Assembly: GCA_018302605.1 (NCBI GenBank) | Contig: JAGVZN010000019.1 | Coordinates: 29,803 to 93,802, forward strand | Reading direction: 5' to 3' | DNA length: 64,000 nt | DNA from: Candidatus Woesearchaeota archaeon | Lineage (GTDB): Archaea; Nanobdellota; Nanobdellia; Woesearchaeales; GW2011-AR9 | In this document: positions 39,844 through 49,129 of the stretch, piece after piece | How the letters are laid out: each line of letters begins with the position of its first letter | Position numbering within the stretch: the first letter of the stretch is position 1 | Notes under the pieces: generated by a model | What the model saw: the letters and a program-made list of their open reading frames with translations, nothing else | What the model was told of the DNA's origin: nothing | The model's database searches: none | Program-made: the position numbers and the translations under genes

Positions 39844-41067
39844 ATGACTAAGATCAATTCCTCGATTAAATTATTGGCACTAAGTTTTTTCATTATTTTT
39901 TTCGGGTACAATGGTGTCCAGCAATATGTAACAGTATTCTTTGCTGAGAAAGGAATGCTTTCAGTTGGTTTTTATTCTCTGATTATTATTTACGTACTTC
40001 TCTCTTTGTGTAGCCCCCTTGCTGGGGCCTTCGTTAGTAAATATGGTCCCAAGAAAGCGATGGTACTCGCCTCGCTCTTTTATGCTCTCTTTATACTTTC
40101 TCTCTTACCAGGTTCGCTATCATTAGTCTATCTCGGTTCGGCGCTGTTAGGCATTGCTGCTGCGTTCTTATGGAATGGACAAAATGTCTATCTCATTAAA
40201 GCCAGTACAGAGAACAGTGCTGGTAAAAGCGCTGGCCTGTTTATGGTTGCTCTTTCATCAAGTGCAGCCGCCGGGATTTTGACGATTTGGTATCTGCAAC
40301 AATCTCTGTCGTTAGCCACTATCTTCCTTATCTTTAGCATTCTTCCTTTTGTAGGGTTCTTTCTCCTACTGACTCTACCTTCTGTCCCGACAGAACATGT
40401 CCCAAATAAATTCCAGTTGATGAAACGGTCGTTGACCAGCCCTACTGCGTTTCGTTTCTCTTTACTTTGGTTTGGATTGGCATTTGTCTCTGGTCTGGCG
40501 CTCGGCTTTCTTCCCATCGATATCAAGAATCTCTTTGGTATCCACCTAATTGGACCCCTCTCCACTCTATTCTATGTCATGCCGATTCTTTTTTCCTATC
40601 TCTTCGGTAAAGTTTCAGATAAGCTTGGAAGAAAGCCGATGATTATCCTTTCTTTTGTTCTCTGCGGAATAAGTTTAATTATTCTGTCATTGGCAACAAC
40701 ACTTTGGTTGATGATACTTGGCATTATTATTTTAACAACATATTACGCAGCCACGCGAACGATTACGTTCGTTTTAGTTGGTGATATTTCCAGCCCACAA
40801 AATCTTGGATCACTGACCTCCCAATTCTGGGCAGTTCAGAATGTGGGCACAGTTGCAGCTTTATTTACGGCGATAATAATCCCTGGAAAAAATGTTTATC
40901 TCGTTTCGCTTGGTTTTCTCGTTTTATCAGCGGTACTTTTATTTCCGATTCTCAACCATAGTCTTCCCGAGACCAGATCTATTATTGAAAAGGAGATGGG
41001 ACTAGTGATGGAGAATCAGAATTTAGAGATAAAAGAACAGAACTTAGCTGATATCAAGCAGAACTAA
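39844..41067 (+). CDS. MFS transporter
   Basis: About 12 TM segments with GKVSDKLGRK motif A. Confidence 0.88.
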   Translation: MTKINSSIKLLALSFFIIFFGYNGVQQYVTVFFAEKGMLSVGFYSLIIIYVLLSLCSPLAGAFVSKYGPKKAMVLASLFYALFILSLLPGSLSLVYLGSALLGIAAAFLWNGQNVYLIKASTENSAGKSAGLFMVALSSSAAAGILTIWYLQQSLSLATIFLIFSILPFVGFFLLLTLPSVPTEHVPNKFQLMKRSLTSPTAFRFSLLWFGLAFVSGLALGFLPIDIKNLFGIHLIGPLSTLFYVMPILFSYLFGKVSDKLGRKPMIILSFVLCGISLIILSLATTLWLMILGIIILTTYYAATRTITFVLVGDISSPQNLGSLTSQFWAVQNVGTVAALFTAIIIPGKNVYLVSLGFLVLSAVLLFPILNHSLPETRSIIEKEMGLVMENQNLEIKEQNLADIKQN

Positions 41068-41124
41068 ACTCAAAGAGAACTATTCCTCAAAACATTTATA
41101 AATCAAATTCCATCGAGAACTTTC

Positions 41125-41565
41125 ATGATTTACGACCGATTAGATTCTTCACTTCCTTATCACGGCCTAAATCCGCATTTTCCCGCAGCATTCTCCTTTT
41201 TACAAAGATCAGACTTAGATATGTTAACACCAGGAAAGTACGATGTTGAAAATGGGCTTGTCACTATCGTTGTTGATGGTGATAATCTTGGTGAAGAGAA
41301 AGCAGAATTAGAGAGCCACCAAGAACATATCGATATTCATTATACGATAACCGGCGTTGACCGCATCGGTTGGAAGCCTGTTTCAAGATCAACTGTAAGT
41401 AAACATTACAATCCTGCAAATGACACGACTTTTTATAATGACCATCCGCAAACAGGGGTAGATGTAGCTCCTGGTTATTTTGCAATTTTCTTCCCTCACG
41501 ATGCCCATGCTACAATGGCTGGCACAGGAAGAGTAAGAAAAATCGTGATGAAGGTTCTGCTTTAG
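41125..41565 (+). CDS. YhcH/YjgK/YiaL (NanQ-like) protein
   Basis: ESHQEHIDIHY, FAIFFPHDAH and RKIVMKV motifs. Confidence 0.88.
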   Translation: MIYDRLDSSLPYHGLNPHFPAAFSFLQRSDLDMLTPGKYDVENGLVTIVVDGDNLGEEKAELESHQEHIDIHYTITGVDRIGWKPVSRSTVSKHYNPANDTTFYNDHPQTGVDVAPGYFAIFFPHDAHATMAGTGRVRKIVMKVLL

Positions 41566-41572
41566 GTGTTCT

Positions 41573-42658
41573 ATGGACTCAGATCAAGCCGCATCATTAC
41601 TGAAAAAGAGTGGATATGATCTTAATGTTATCACCTTAATCCCAGAAGGGAGAAGTCACGATGTTTTTGACGTATCTCTCTCCGATGGCCGTTCCGTTGT
41701 TGCACGTTTCGGAAAACATTCCCCAGAAGGCCAACCGCGCCGTGACTTCCATTATAACGGAGTTCTCTCTCTTGAAAGAGAGAATTATCTTTGTCACTTT
41801 GTCCGTGCTGCTGGTCTCCCTGCTCCTAAAGTGGAAAGCACCCATCTCCTCAGCGAACAGGAATTTGTGGTAGTCGAGAAATTACCAGGCAAACACTGGA
41901 AAACATTTCTCGAGGAAAAAGGATATTCTCAACAAGCGTATCTAGATTCCCTTGAGTTTTTAGGAGCCGATCTGGCACAAGCTCATCAAGTCACATTCGA
42001 TTATTTCGGAAATCTCATGGCCGGAGGCGTTATCGAGCCGGCAGGAGTCACTAATTTTGCGCTAAGACTGAGGTCTATTCTCGATCTAAAGATTGGACGG
42101 GAAGAGAAAACGAACGCTCTTTCACCTCAGGAGTTAATGGAAGTAAAACAATATTTTACTAGCCGATTAGATAATTTATATCCTCTTTTCGAACGATTAA
42201 AATCTACGCCGCGACTTATTCTAACAGATTTGCATCCCATGAATTTCCTTGTTGATGATGCAGGTAAGCCTTCGGGTTATTTTGACTTGGAATTTTGTCA
42301 GGCCGGCCATCCGGCTCTTGAAATGTATTACCTTGAAGTGCAGTTATTCAACTATTTTAATCGGAATACAGCGGCGTTAGCACGTGATGCTTTCTACAAA
42401 GGTTATCGAAAATCTGGTGGAGAATATGAACCTGACGATCCCATCAACAAAGAATTAGAAACTATCCTCGCTGCTGGTCAAACGCTTACTGCTGTAACGG
42501 CATATCACGGAGTAAGAGATGGGGTAAGAGATAGATGGAGTGCTCAATTTAAAGAGATTCTTTTTGATGTAATCACTTCCGGTTCGATGGATACGGTCGC
42601 TTATGCTGACGTCATTCGACAGAAAACACAGCAACCTTCACAACCAACATTACCATGA
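41573..42658 (+). CDS. APH/choline-kinase-like phosphotransferase
   Basis: EGRSH, V-x-RF, DLHPMNFLV and GYFDLE motifs. Confidence 0.75.
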   Translation: MDSDQAASLLKKSGYDLNVITLIPEGRSHDVFDVSLSDGRSVVARFGKHSPEGQPRRDFHYNGVLSLERENYLCHFVRAAGLPAPKVESTHLLSEQEFVVVEKLPGKHWKTFLEEKGYSQQAYLDSLEFLGADLAQAHQVTFDYFGNLMAGGVIEPAGVTNFALRLRSILDLKIGREEKTNALSPQELMEVKQYFTSRLDNLYPLFERLKSTPRLILTDLHPMNFLVDDAGKPSGYFDLEFCQAGHPALEMYYLEVQLFNYFNRNTAALARDAFYKGYRKSGGEYEPDDPINKELETILAAGQTLTAVTAYHGVRDGVRDRWSAQFKEILFDVITSGSMDTVAYADVIRQKTQQPSQPTLP

Positions 42659-43632
42659 AAATTGCCATCATCGGCGCAGGAGCGCTTGGATCATTAGTCG
42701 GGGCATATCTCTCCACGCAACATCAGGTTCTCCTCTATGGAAGAAGAGAACACGTTGAAGCTGTCAACAAAGATGGTCTGCATACTTCCGGAATAAGGGG
42801 AGAGATGGTCTATGATCTCCCAGCAACAACCGATCTCCGCGGCCAGCACTTTCACTTAGGCATCGTGGGGGTAAAGAGTTATGATACTGAACGAGTACTC
42901 GCTGATCTAGAGAGACAGGAAGCATCATTTGATTATATTGCATCGATCCAAAATGGATTAAAAGACGATGTTCTTATCCAGAGGTTTGGAATTGAACGTG
43001 TTTTAGGTTGCGTCGTTGATGAAGCAGCGAAGATGGTTGCTCCGGGCCGTGTTTGCTACACAAATAATGGGTGCAGCTATTTTGGAACATTTACTTCCGA
43101 AAATGAGAGGGGTATAAAGACTGCTGTTGCTAAATCCCTCTCAGAAACACTGCAACATTCCGGGTTAACTGCAAATGTTGCTGAAAATGTTGATACGATC
43201 ACGTGGTATAAATTCATGGGTGCAAATACCGTTTGTGTTAGCGGCGCGCTTGATCTAAACGCTGCACAAAAATTCACAAACCCGTACGCACGGAGCCTTT
43301 TTGTACGTACTATTGATGAAATTCTTGCTGTTGCTAATGCCGAAGGTATCCCCCTCACACCACATCCGATGCTCAGTCAAGTATTCCTCGCCGAGGCAGC
43401 AGGGAGAAAAGAATTAATTGATACGTTAACAAGGAAACATGAACAATCTACAAGTGAGCCGCATGTACCCTCTCTTGTCCAAGACTTAAGAAAAAGAAAA
43501 GCAATAACTGAAGCAGATGACACAATGGGTATTTTGCTCAAACATGCTGCTACCCATGGTATCAGAATCCCAACGATAGAAACCTGTTATCAAATCATAA
43601 AAGCAAAAGAATTCAGAAATCACTCCAAGTGA
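42655..43632 (+). CDS. panE: Ketopantoate reductase family (PanE/ApbA)
   Basis: IGAGALG, VKSYDT, IQNG, WYKF-x-x-N and PSLVQD...TE motifs. Confidence 0.75.
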   Translation: MKIAIIGAGALGSLVGAYLSTQHQVLLYGRREHVEAVNKDGLHTSGIRGEMVYDLPATTDLRGQHFHLGIVGVKSYDTERVLADLERQEASFDYIASIQNGLKDDVLIQRFGIERVLGCVVDEAAKMVAPGRVCYTNNGCSYFGTFTSENERGIKTAVAKSLSETLQHSGLTANVAENVDTITWYKFMGANTVCVSGALDLNAAQKFTNPYARSLFVRTIDEILAVANAEGIPLTPHPMLSQVFLAEAAGRKELIDTLTRKHEQSTSEPHVPSLVQDLRKRKAITEADDTMGILLKHAATHGIRIPTIETCYQIIKAKEFRNHSK

Positions 43633-43689
43633 ACCACTGTTCCTAAATCTTTTTAAACTATTCCTCCTCCCTTTTCAAACAATTTCCCC

Positions 43690-45255
43690 GTGATCCACAA
43701 CAAACGTGTCTTAGCGTACATCCCTGCCCGCAGTGGCAGCAAAAGTATCATTGATAAGAATATTGTTGATGTCTGCGGCAAGCCGTTGATTGCCTATACT
43801 ATCGAAGCTGCAAAAGCAAGCAAATATGTCGATGCTGTCATCGTCTCTACAGATTCTCTAAGATATGCCGAAATCGTCAAGAAACTCGGTGCAGAAGCGC
43901 CATTCCTCCGGCCAGCGGAATTGGCCTCCGATACAGCAGTGGAGATGGACTCCTGTCAACACATGATGAGTTGGGTTGAACAGAACTGGCCGGAAAAGTA
44001 TGATCTCGTTCTCAAGCTCGAACCGACATCCCCCCTCCGAACAGCTGATGATATTGATCAAGCGATCGAGACATTCGTAAAGAAAGATGCTAATACAGTG
44101 ATTACCGTTACGGAAGCATTCACCCATCCTTTCTGGATGAATACTTTAGACGATCAAAAATCAATGGATAACTTTATTGCAGAAGATGTTAAAAGAAAAA
44201 ACCGGCAACAGCTTCCCATCTATTACCAATTAGATGGATTAGTCCACGTCGCCAGCTGGGAATTCCTTAAACAACATAAAACCTGGTTCGCAACAGAAAA
44301 AAGCTATGCCTCGATTAGCCCGAATGCCCATGCTGTTGACATCGACGGGCCGACTCAATTAGAGTTAGTAAAAATCATTATCAGCCAACGAAATGAACAG
44401 AAGCATCCTGAACTCGCTCTGCCCAAAGGAGAAGAAAAAAAAGAGATGGCCGGAACAAAAGCAGTTCATTCCCTTTTCAATCTTACAGGAAAAGTCGTAA
44501 TTATCACCGGCGCCGCAGGATTGATCGGCATGCAATATGCAGAAATTCTCTCTGATGCCGGTGCCCACATTGTCATTGCTGATATCAAACAAGAGATCTG
44601 CGATGCCGCAGCAGAAAAGATCACGCAACGCAGTGGCATCAAAGCATTAGGCGTAGAAGTTGATATTTCACATGAAGAATCTGTCCAGAGAATGCTGGAC
44701 CGGATCAGCAAAGAGTTCGGAAGGGTTGATGTTTTGGTCAACAATGCTGTCGCCCGGCCACAATTCTATTTCAAGCCATTTGAAGAATATCCTGTCGATG
44801 ATTGGGAGATGGTCATGTCGGTAAACCTACGCGGCGTGTTTATCTGTTCTAAAATCATTGGAGACTACATGGTCAAGCAAGGAAAAGGGGTCATTGTCAA
44901 CATTGGGTCAACATACGGCATTGTGGGGAATGACCTTAGTATCTATGAAGGGCCAGAATCAAACGCCTTTCCTTCTGCAGTCTATGCAGCGAGTAAAGGA
45001 GGAGTCATCAATCTCACTCGCCATCTCGCAACATACTGGGCTCACAAAAGAATTAGAGTTAACTGTCTCAGTCCGGGGGGAGTAGAGAACAATCAGACCA
45101 AAGAATTCATCAAACGCTATAGTGCACGAACTCCGATGGGAAGGATGGCACGAAAAGACGAATACAAAGGCGCGTTATTATTTCTCTGTTCCGATGCTTC
45201 TTCTTACATGACCGGCGCAAATCTTGTTGTTGATGGCGGCTGGACCGCGTGGTAA
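43690..45255 (+). CDS. neuA: CMP-nonulosonate synthetase (NeuA-like) + SDR oxidoreductase fusion
   Basis: IPARSGSKSI-x-x-KN, PTSPLR and DID, then TGAAGLIG, NNA, YAASKGG and VDGGW. Confidence 0.88.
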   Translation: MIHNKRVLAYIPARSGSKSIIDKNIVDVCGKPLIAYTIEAAKASKYVDAVIVSTDSLRYAEIVKKLGAEAPFLRPAELASDTAVEMDSCQHMMSWVEQNWPEKYDLVLKLEPTSPLRTADDIDQAIETFVKKDANTVITVTEAFTHPFWMNTLDDQKSMDNFIAEDVKRKNRQQLPIYYQLDGLVHVASWEFLKQHKTWFATEKSYASISPNAHAVDIDGPTQLELVKIIISQRNEQKHPELALPKGEEKKEMAGTKAVHSLFNLTGKVVIITGAAGLIGMQYAEILSDAGAHIVIADIKQEICDAAAEKITQRSGIKALGVEVDISHEESVQRMLDRISKEFGRVDVLVNNAVARPQFYFKPFEEYPVDDWEMVMSVNLRGVFICSKIIGDYMVKQGKGVIVNIGSTYGIVGNDLSIYEGPESNAFPSAVYAASKGGVINLTRHLATYWAHKRIRVNCLSPGGVENNQTKEFIKRYSARTPMGRMARKDEYKGALLFLCSDASSYMTGANLVVDGGWTAW

Positions 45256-45326
45256 ACATTCTACAAAATTCTAGCCAATTTCTGCTCGGATGCACGGCCT
45301 GTCGGAAAAGCTAAACAAATACAAAA

Positions 45327-47000
45327 TTATTCTTTTGTACAACGATAGACTTGACCGGTCAACTGGCTATGAGAATAAAAGTCTTTATCTAAATCACAAT
45401 ATTTAACGACGGCAAATGCCGGGCTCTGGGAAGGAAGAGGCGGCCAATACAGTAAGATGATCGTTCCTCCTCGCTGCCGAACAGCATCTATTGCTGGTTT
45501 CGGATAGTAACCGAGCTCATTATCGTCAAAGCCATATGTGTCTCCGTCTTCGATTCCCCAATAAGAATGATCGAAATACCACTGGATCCCTTGATCGTTA
45601 GTATGGATCGGCATCTCCAGATCATTATCTCTAACATAATTGATCATCTCCCACTTAACTTCACTGACATCGGAGCTCGTCGGATGAAAGAGATACTCTG
45701 TAGTCATAAAAATATTAAAAGCAAGTGACAGAGAAAAGAAGAAAACAAAAAAATAACGAGAATATTTCTTAGTAGAATAGAGAAGATAAAAGAACAATGC
45801 CATAAAACCGACTATAAACGCAATAAGGATCGTTGCCATAGAAACACCAAAAGTAGGACCGGAGGCAGAAGTATACGAAAATACGAAATGAAAGTTGCCT
45901 TGTAATAATTCTTTCAAATAAAGAGCAGGGATGCGAGGAACATAATTCAATGGAAAGCTATTGAGGACAAAAAAAGTGACCAGAGAGATGAGGAAAATGA
46001 TTACGCCAAATAGACGATGGCGATATCTTAAATAGATTTGAGAGAGATAAAAGCCGCCGATCATCGCTAATGCAGGAATTGTATTCATCAAATATCGCTC
46101 AATTGAACCATAATTTAATCCAAAAGTATAAAACAGAAGAGCGATCGTGACCCAGAGAACGAGTAAGAACAACTCTTTTTTTCTCTTGAATATCCCTAAG
46201 AGATAAAAACCGAATAATAACGAGGTTGACCATAAAGCGTACAACGTGATAGCTAGAGCGCTCACCATCTGAGGATGATATCGATGGAGAAGGACACCCC
46301 TGCCGATCCCCAGGGTAAAGACTAACCATCGCTCAGGAGAAATAAGCACCCCCAATAAGAGATAGCAAAAGAACAATAAAGAAGCAATCAGAGAGAGGAA
46401 GAACAAATCTTTGAACGATTCTGTAATCTTCCCCTCCCTCTTAAACAGTGAATAAAGAAAGAGAATGAGGATAATATAGATATTATTATATTTAGTTATG
46501 ACAGCTATAGCCAGACCAACACCAGCAAGTAACTGCCAGCCTCTCTTCTTCCTTCTCTCAACTGTCTTTTCAGATTCTAAGTATGCAAAGAACATTAACA
46601 GAACACAAAATAAGACTAAATTTCCTTCTACATCAAATTGTAGTGATGCCAAAGTAGGATAAAAAGCTACCAGCATCAAGAAAGTTGACCAGAATGCCGC
46701 ATTCTCACCAAAATTCCGCCGTGCGAACAGATAAACAAGAAGTGTATTGAGTATTCCAAATAACCAAGGAACAAGTCGAAATACCCACGTCTCCAATCCA
46801 AATAACCAAATCAACGGTTTATACAAAAGATTCAACGGCTGTGGAGAATAGTAATCCTCATTGAAGCCATAGGGATCCATCACGGTTAGAGAATATGCAA
46901 AATTAGATTCGTCATCATAAATGGCTTCATTAAGATTTGCCAAACGTAAGCCGAAGATGAGTATTCCGAAGACGATAAGGAACCATAATCTCCTAACCAT
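45327..47000 (-). CDS. GT-C membrane glycosyltransferase (ArnT/PMT-like)
   Basis: YDDE after the first TM segment, TKY and ERY motifs, many TM segments. Confidence 0.75.
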   Translation of the reverse strand: MVRRLWFLIVFGILIFGLRLANLNEAIYDDESNFAYSLTVMDPYGFNEDYYSPQPLNLLYKPLIWLFGLETWVFRLVPWLFGILNTLLVYLFARRNFGENAAFWSTFLMLVAFYPTLASLQFDVEGNLVLFCVLLMFFAYLESEKTVERRKKRGWQLLAGVGLAIAVITKYNNIYIILILFLYSLFKREGKITESFKDLFFLSLIASLLFFCYLLLGVLISPERWLVFTLGIGRGVLLHRYHPQMVSALAITLYALWSTSLLFGFYLLGIFKRKKELFLLVLWVTIALLFYTFGLNYGSIERYLMNTIPALAMIGGFYLSQIYLRYRHRLFGVIIFLISLVTFFVLNSFPLNYVPRIPALYLKELLQGNFHFVFSYTSASGPTFGVSMATILIAFIVGFMALFFYLLYSTKKYSRYFFVFFFSLSLAFNIFMTTEYLFHPTSSDVSEVKWEMINYVRDNDLEMPIHTNDQGIQWYFDHSYWGIEDGDTYGFDDNELGYYPKPAIDAVRQRGGTIILLYWPPLPSQSPAFAVVKYCDLDKDFYSHSQLTGQVYRCTKE

Positions 47001-47005
47001 TTTTA

Positions 47006-47995
47006 TTACTCTTCCCCCACGCTATCTCTTTTCTGTCCCATGACATCTAATGAAATACGCAGCGCTTCTAACCCAATCTCACCCGTTACCAAAGGTGTTT
47101 TTCGCGTTCTCACACACTGGACAAACGCCTGCAGTTCTAACAACAGCGGTTCGAATTGTTCTACCCCAACCTGTGTTTTGTTAGGAATACCAAATTTAAT
47201 GACATAATCACCATCTTCATCGATCATTTCTTTGGTATAGTTACTCTCATAGATAATCAACTCCTGTGTCAGATAATTTAATTCGGCATACCCTTTGCTG
47301 CCTGTCACACTTAAGTTTCGAATCTTGATAGGGGTAATCCAATTGACTTGAATAAATCCCGAACGGTTACCATACTTGAGGAATATTTCTGCATAATCCT
47401 CCCGCTTCTCAATCATTGCTTTACCGATATTTCCAAATACTTTCTCTGGCAGTCTTTCATAGAGGTAATTAATAATATCAATATCGTGGACCGCCAGATC
47501 GATGATCACATTCGCATCTCGTACTTGTACAGGAACAGCTCCTACCCGACGCGCAATGATAGAGGTGATCTCCCCTAACTTTCCCTCACTGATGACTTCT
47601 TTCAGTTTCTGGACCGCCGGATTAAATCGTTCAATGTGGCCGATCTGCAACACAACATTTTTCTCTCGGGCTGCTGCTATAATCTCTGTTGCATCCTCGA
47701 TTGTGCCCGCAATCGGTTTCTCAATCAGCACATCAATTCCACGCCGGATGCACGCCAAAGCTACCTCTTTATGATAGCTCGTCGGCACGGCAATACTTAC
47801 CGCTTTAACCTCTTCTTTATCAAGCATTTCAGAGTAATTATAATACGCCCGACAATTTGATTTCTTTGCCGTCGCGTCCGCTAATTCTCGATTAAGATCA
47901 CAAACCGCAACAAGTTCTACTCCGGTCATAGCGGCATAATTCCGCGCATGATGCTTGCCCATATTCCCCAAACCGATTACTGCCAGCCGCGTCAT
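47006..47995 (-). CDS. Gfo/Idh/MocA oxidoreductase, WbpB/WlbA-like
   Basis: GLGNMG, EKPIA, GHIERFNPA and DLAVHDID motifs, adjacent to WbpE- and WbpD-like genes. Confidence 0.85.
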   Translation of the reverse strand: MTRLAVIGLGNMGKHHARNYAAMTGVELVAVCDLNRELADATAKKSNCRAYYNYSEMLDKEEVKAVSIAVPTSYHKEVALACIRRGIDVLIEKPIAGTIEDATEIIAAAREKNVVLQIGHIERFNPAVQKLKEVISEGKLGEITSIIARRVGAVPVQVRDANVIIDLAVHDIDIINYLYERLPEKVFGNIGKAMIEKREDYAEIFLKYGNRSGFIQVNWITPIKIRNLSVTGSKGYAELNYLTQELIIYESNYTKEMIDEDGDYVIKFGIPNKTQVGVEQFEPLLLELQAFVQCVRTRKTPLVTGEIGLEALRISLDVMGQKRDSVGEE

Positions 47996-49089
47996 CGTTG
48001 GGATAACTCCAAGAATACGTTTCCGATCAAATTGATATCCTGTTGCGTGACCGCGGGATGAACGGGTAAGGAGAGGACTTCTCTCGCAATTTTTTCTGTG
48101 AACGGAAAAGACAAGTGTTGATGAGAAGAATACGCTTCCTGGCGATGGATGGGGATGGGATAGAACACAGCACTGCCGATGCCGCGTGTCTGCAACTCTT
48201 CGATCAAGCGATCCCGTTTCAGAGAAAAATCTTCCGTGATGCGGATGGTATACTGATGAAACACATGACCATCAGTGACGGAAGGAGTGATAATCCCATT
48301 AATAGTTGAGAGTCTAGCAGTTAATTGTTTCGCATTCTCTCTTCGTGCCGTAGTAAATCGTCCCAATTTCTTTAGTTGTTCTAATCCGATAGCCGCGGCA
48401 AGATCAGTCATTCGATAATTATATCCTAATGAAGAATGAACATATTTTCGCTCCGAACCATGAGAGATTATTTTTCTTAATTTCACTGCTAATGCATTAT
48501 CATCAGTTGTAATCATCCCACCTTCACCAGTTGTCATATTTTTTGTACCATAAAACGAGAAACAGCCGATGCCAAAGGAACCAACTTTCTGCCCATTCCA
48601 CTCGGCACCATGCGCTTGACAGGCATCCTCTACAACGTGAAGGTGATGTTTTTCCGCGATCGCCATGATCATATCGATCTCTACAGGCAAACCAAACAAA
48701 TGCACCGGCATGATTGCTTTTGTCTGTGGTGTAATCTTTGCTTCAATCAAATGAGGGTCAATATTCATCGTCGTTTTATCAACATCAACAAATACCGGCA
48801 TCGCCCCACACATCTTGATCACATTCGCCGTTGCGATAAATGAAAAAGGTGAAGTAATGACTTCATCTCCTGCACCGATACCTAGCCCCACGAGCACAGC
48901 ATGCAATGCTGTCGTCCCATTCGATGTTGCAATCGCGTGTTTCACACCAATAAAATCAGCAAAGGCCTTTTCAAATGCCGCTACTTTCTCCCCTTGAGCG
49001 AGCATCCCTGAAGAAAGAACCTCCAAAACCGCTCTCTTTTCCTCTTCACCGATCAGCGGTTTTGCTATCGGAATCGTCATGGAAACCAT
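47992..49089 (-). CDS. DegT aminotransferase, WbpE-like
   Basis: SNGTTAL, EDACQAHG, SFYGTKNMTTGEGG and GYNYRM motifs. Confidence 0.9.
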   Translation of the reverse strand: MVSMTIPIAKPLIGEEEKRAVLEVLSSGMLAQGEKVAAFEKAFADFIGVKHAIATSNGTTALHAVLVGLGIGAGDEVITSPFSFIATANVIKMCGAMPVFVDVDKTTMNIDPHLIEAKITPQTKAIMPVHLFGLPVEIDMIMAIAEKHHLHVVEDACQAHGAEWNGQKVGSFGIGCFSFYGTKNMTTGEGGMITTDDNALAVKLRKIISHGSERKYVHSSLGYNYRMTDLAAAIGLEQLKKLGRFTTARRENAKQLTARLSTINGIITPSVTDGHVFHQYTIRITEDFSLKRDRLIEELQTRGIGSAVFYPIPIHRQEAYSSHQHLSFPFTEKIAREVLSLPVHPAVTQQDINLIGNVFLELSQR

Positions 49090-49129
49090 TGAGAAAATGG
49101 GTCAAAATTTGTTTATAAAGTTTAAGGAA

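Noticed and set aside
41573..42658. Aminoglycoside resistance gene
   Set aside because: Only the general APH/kinase fold motifs are present, with nothing indicating antibiotic specificity.
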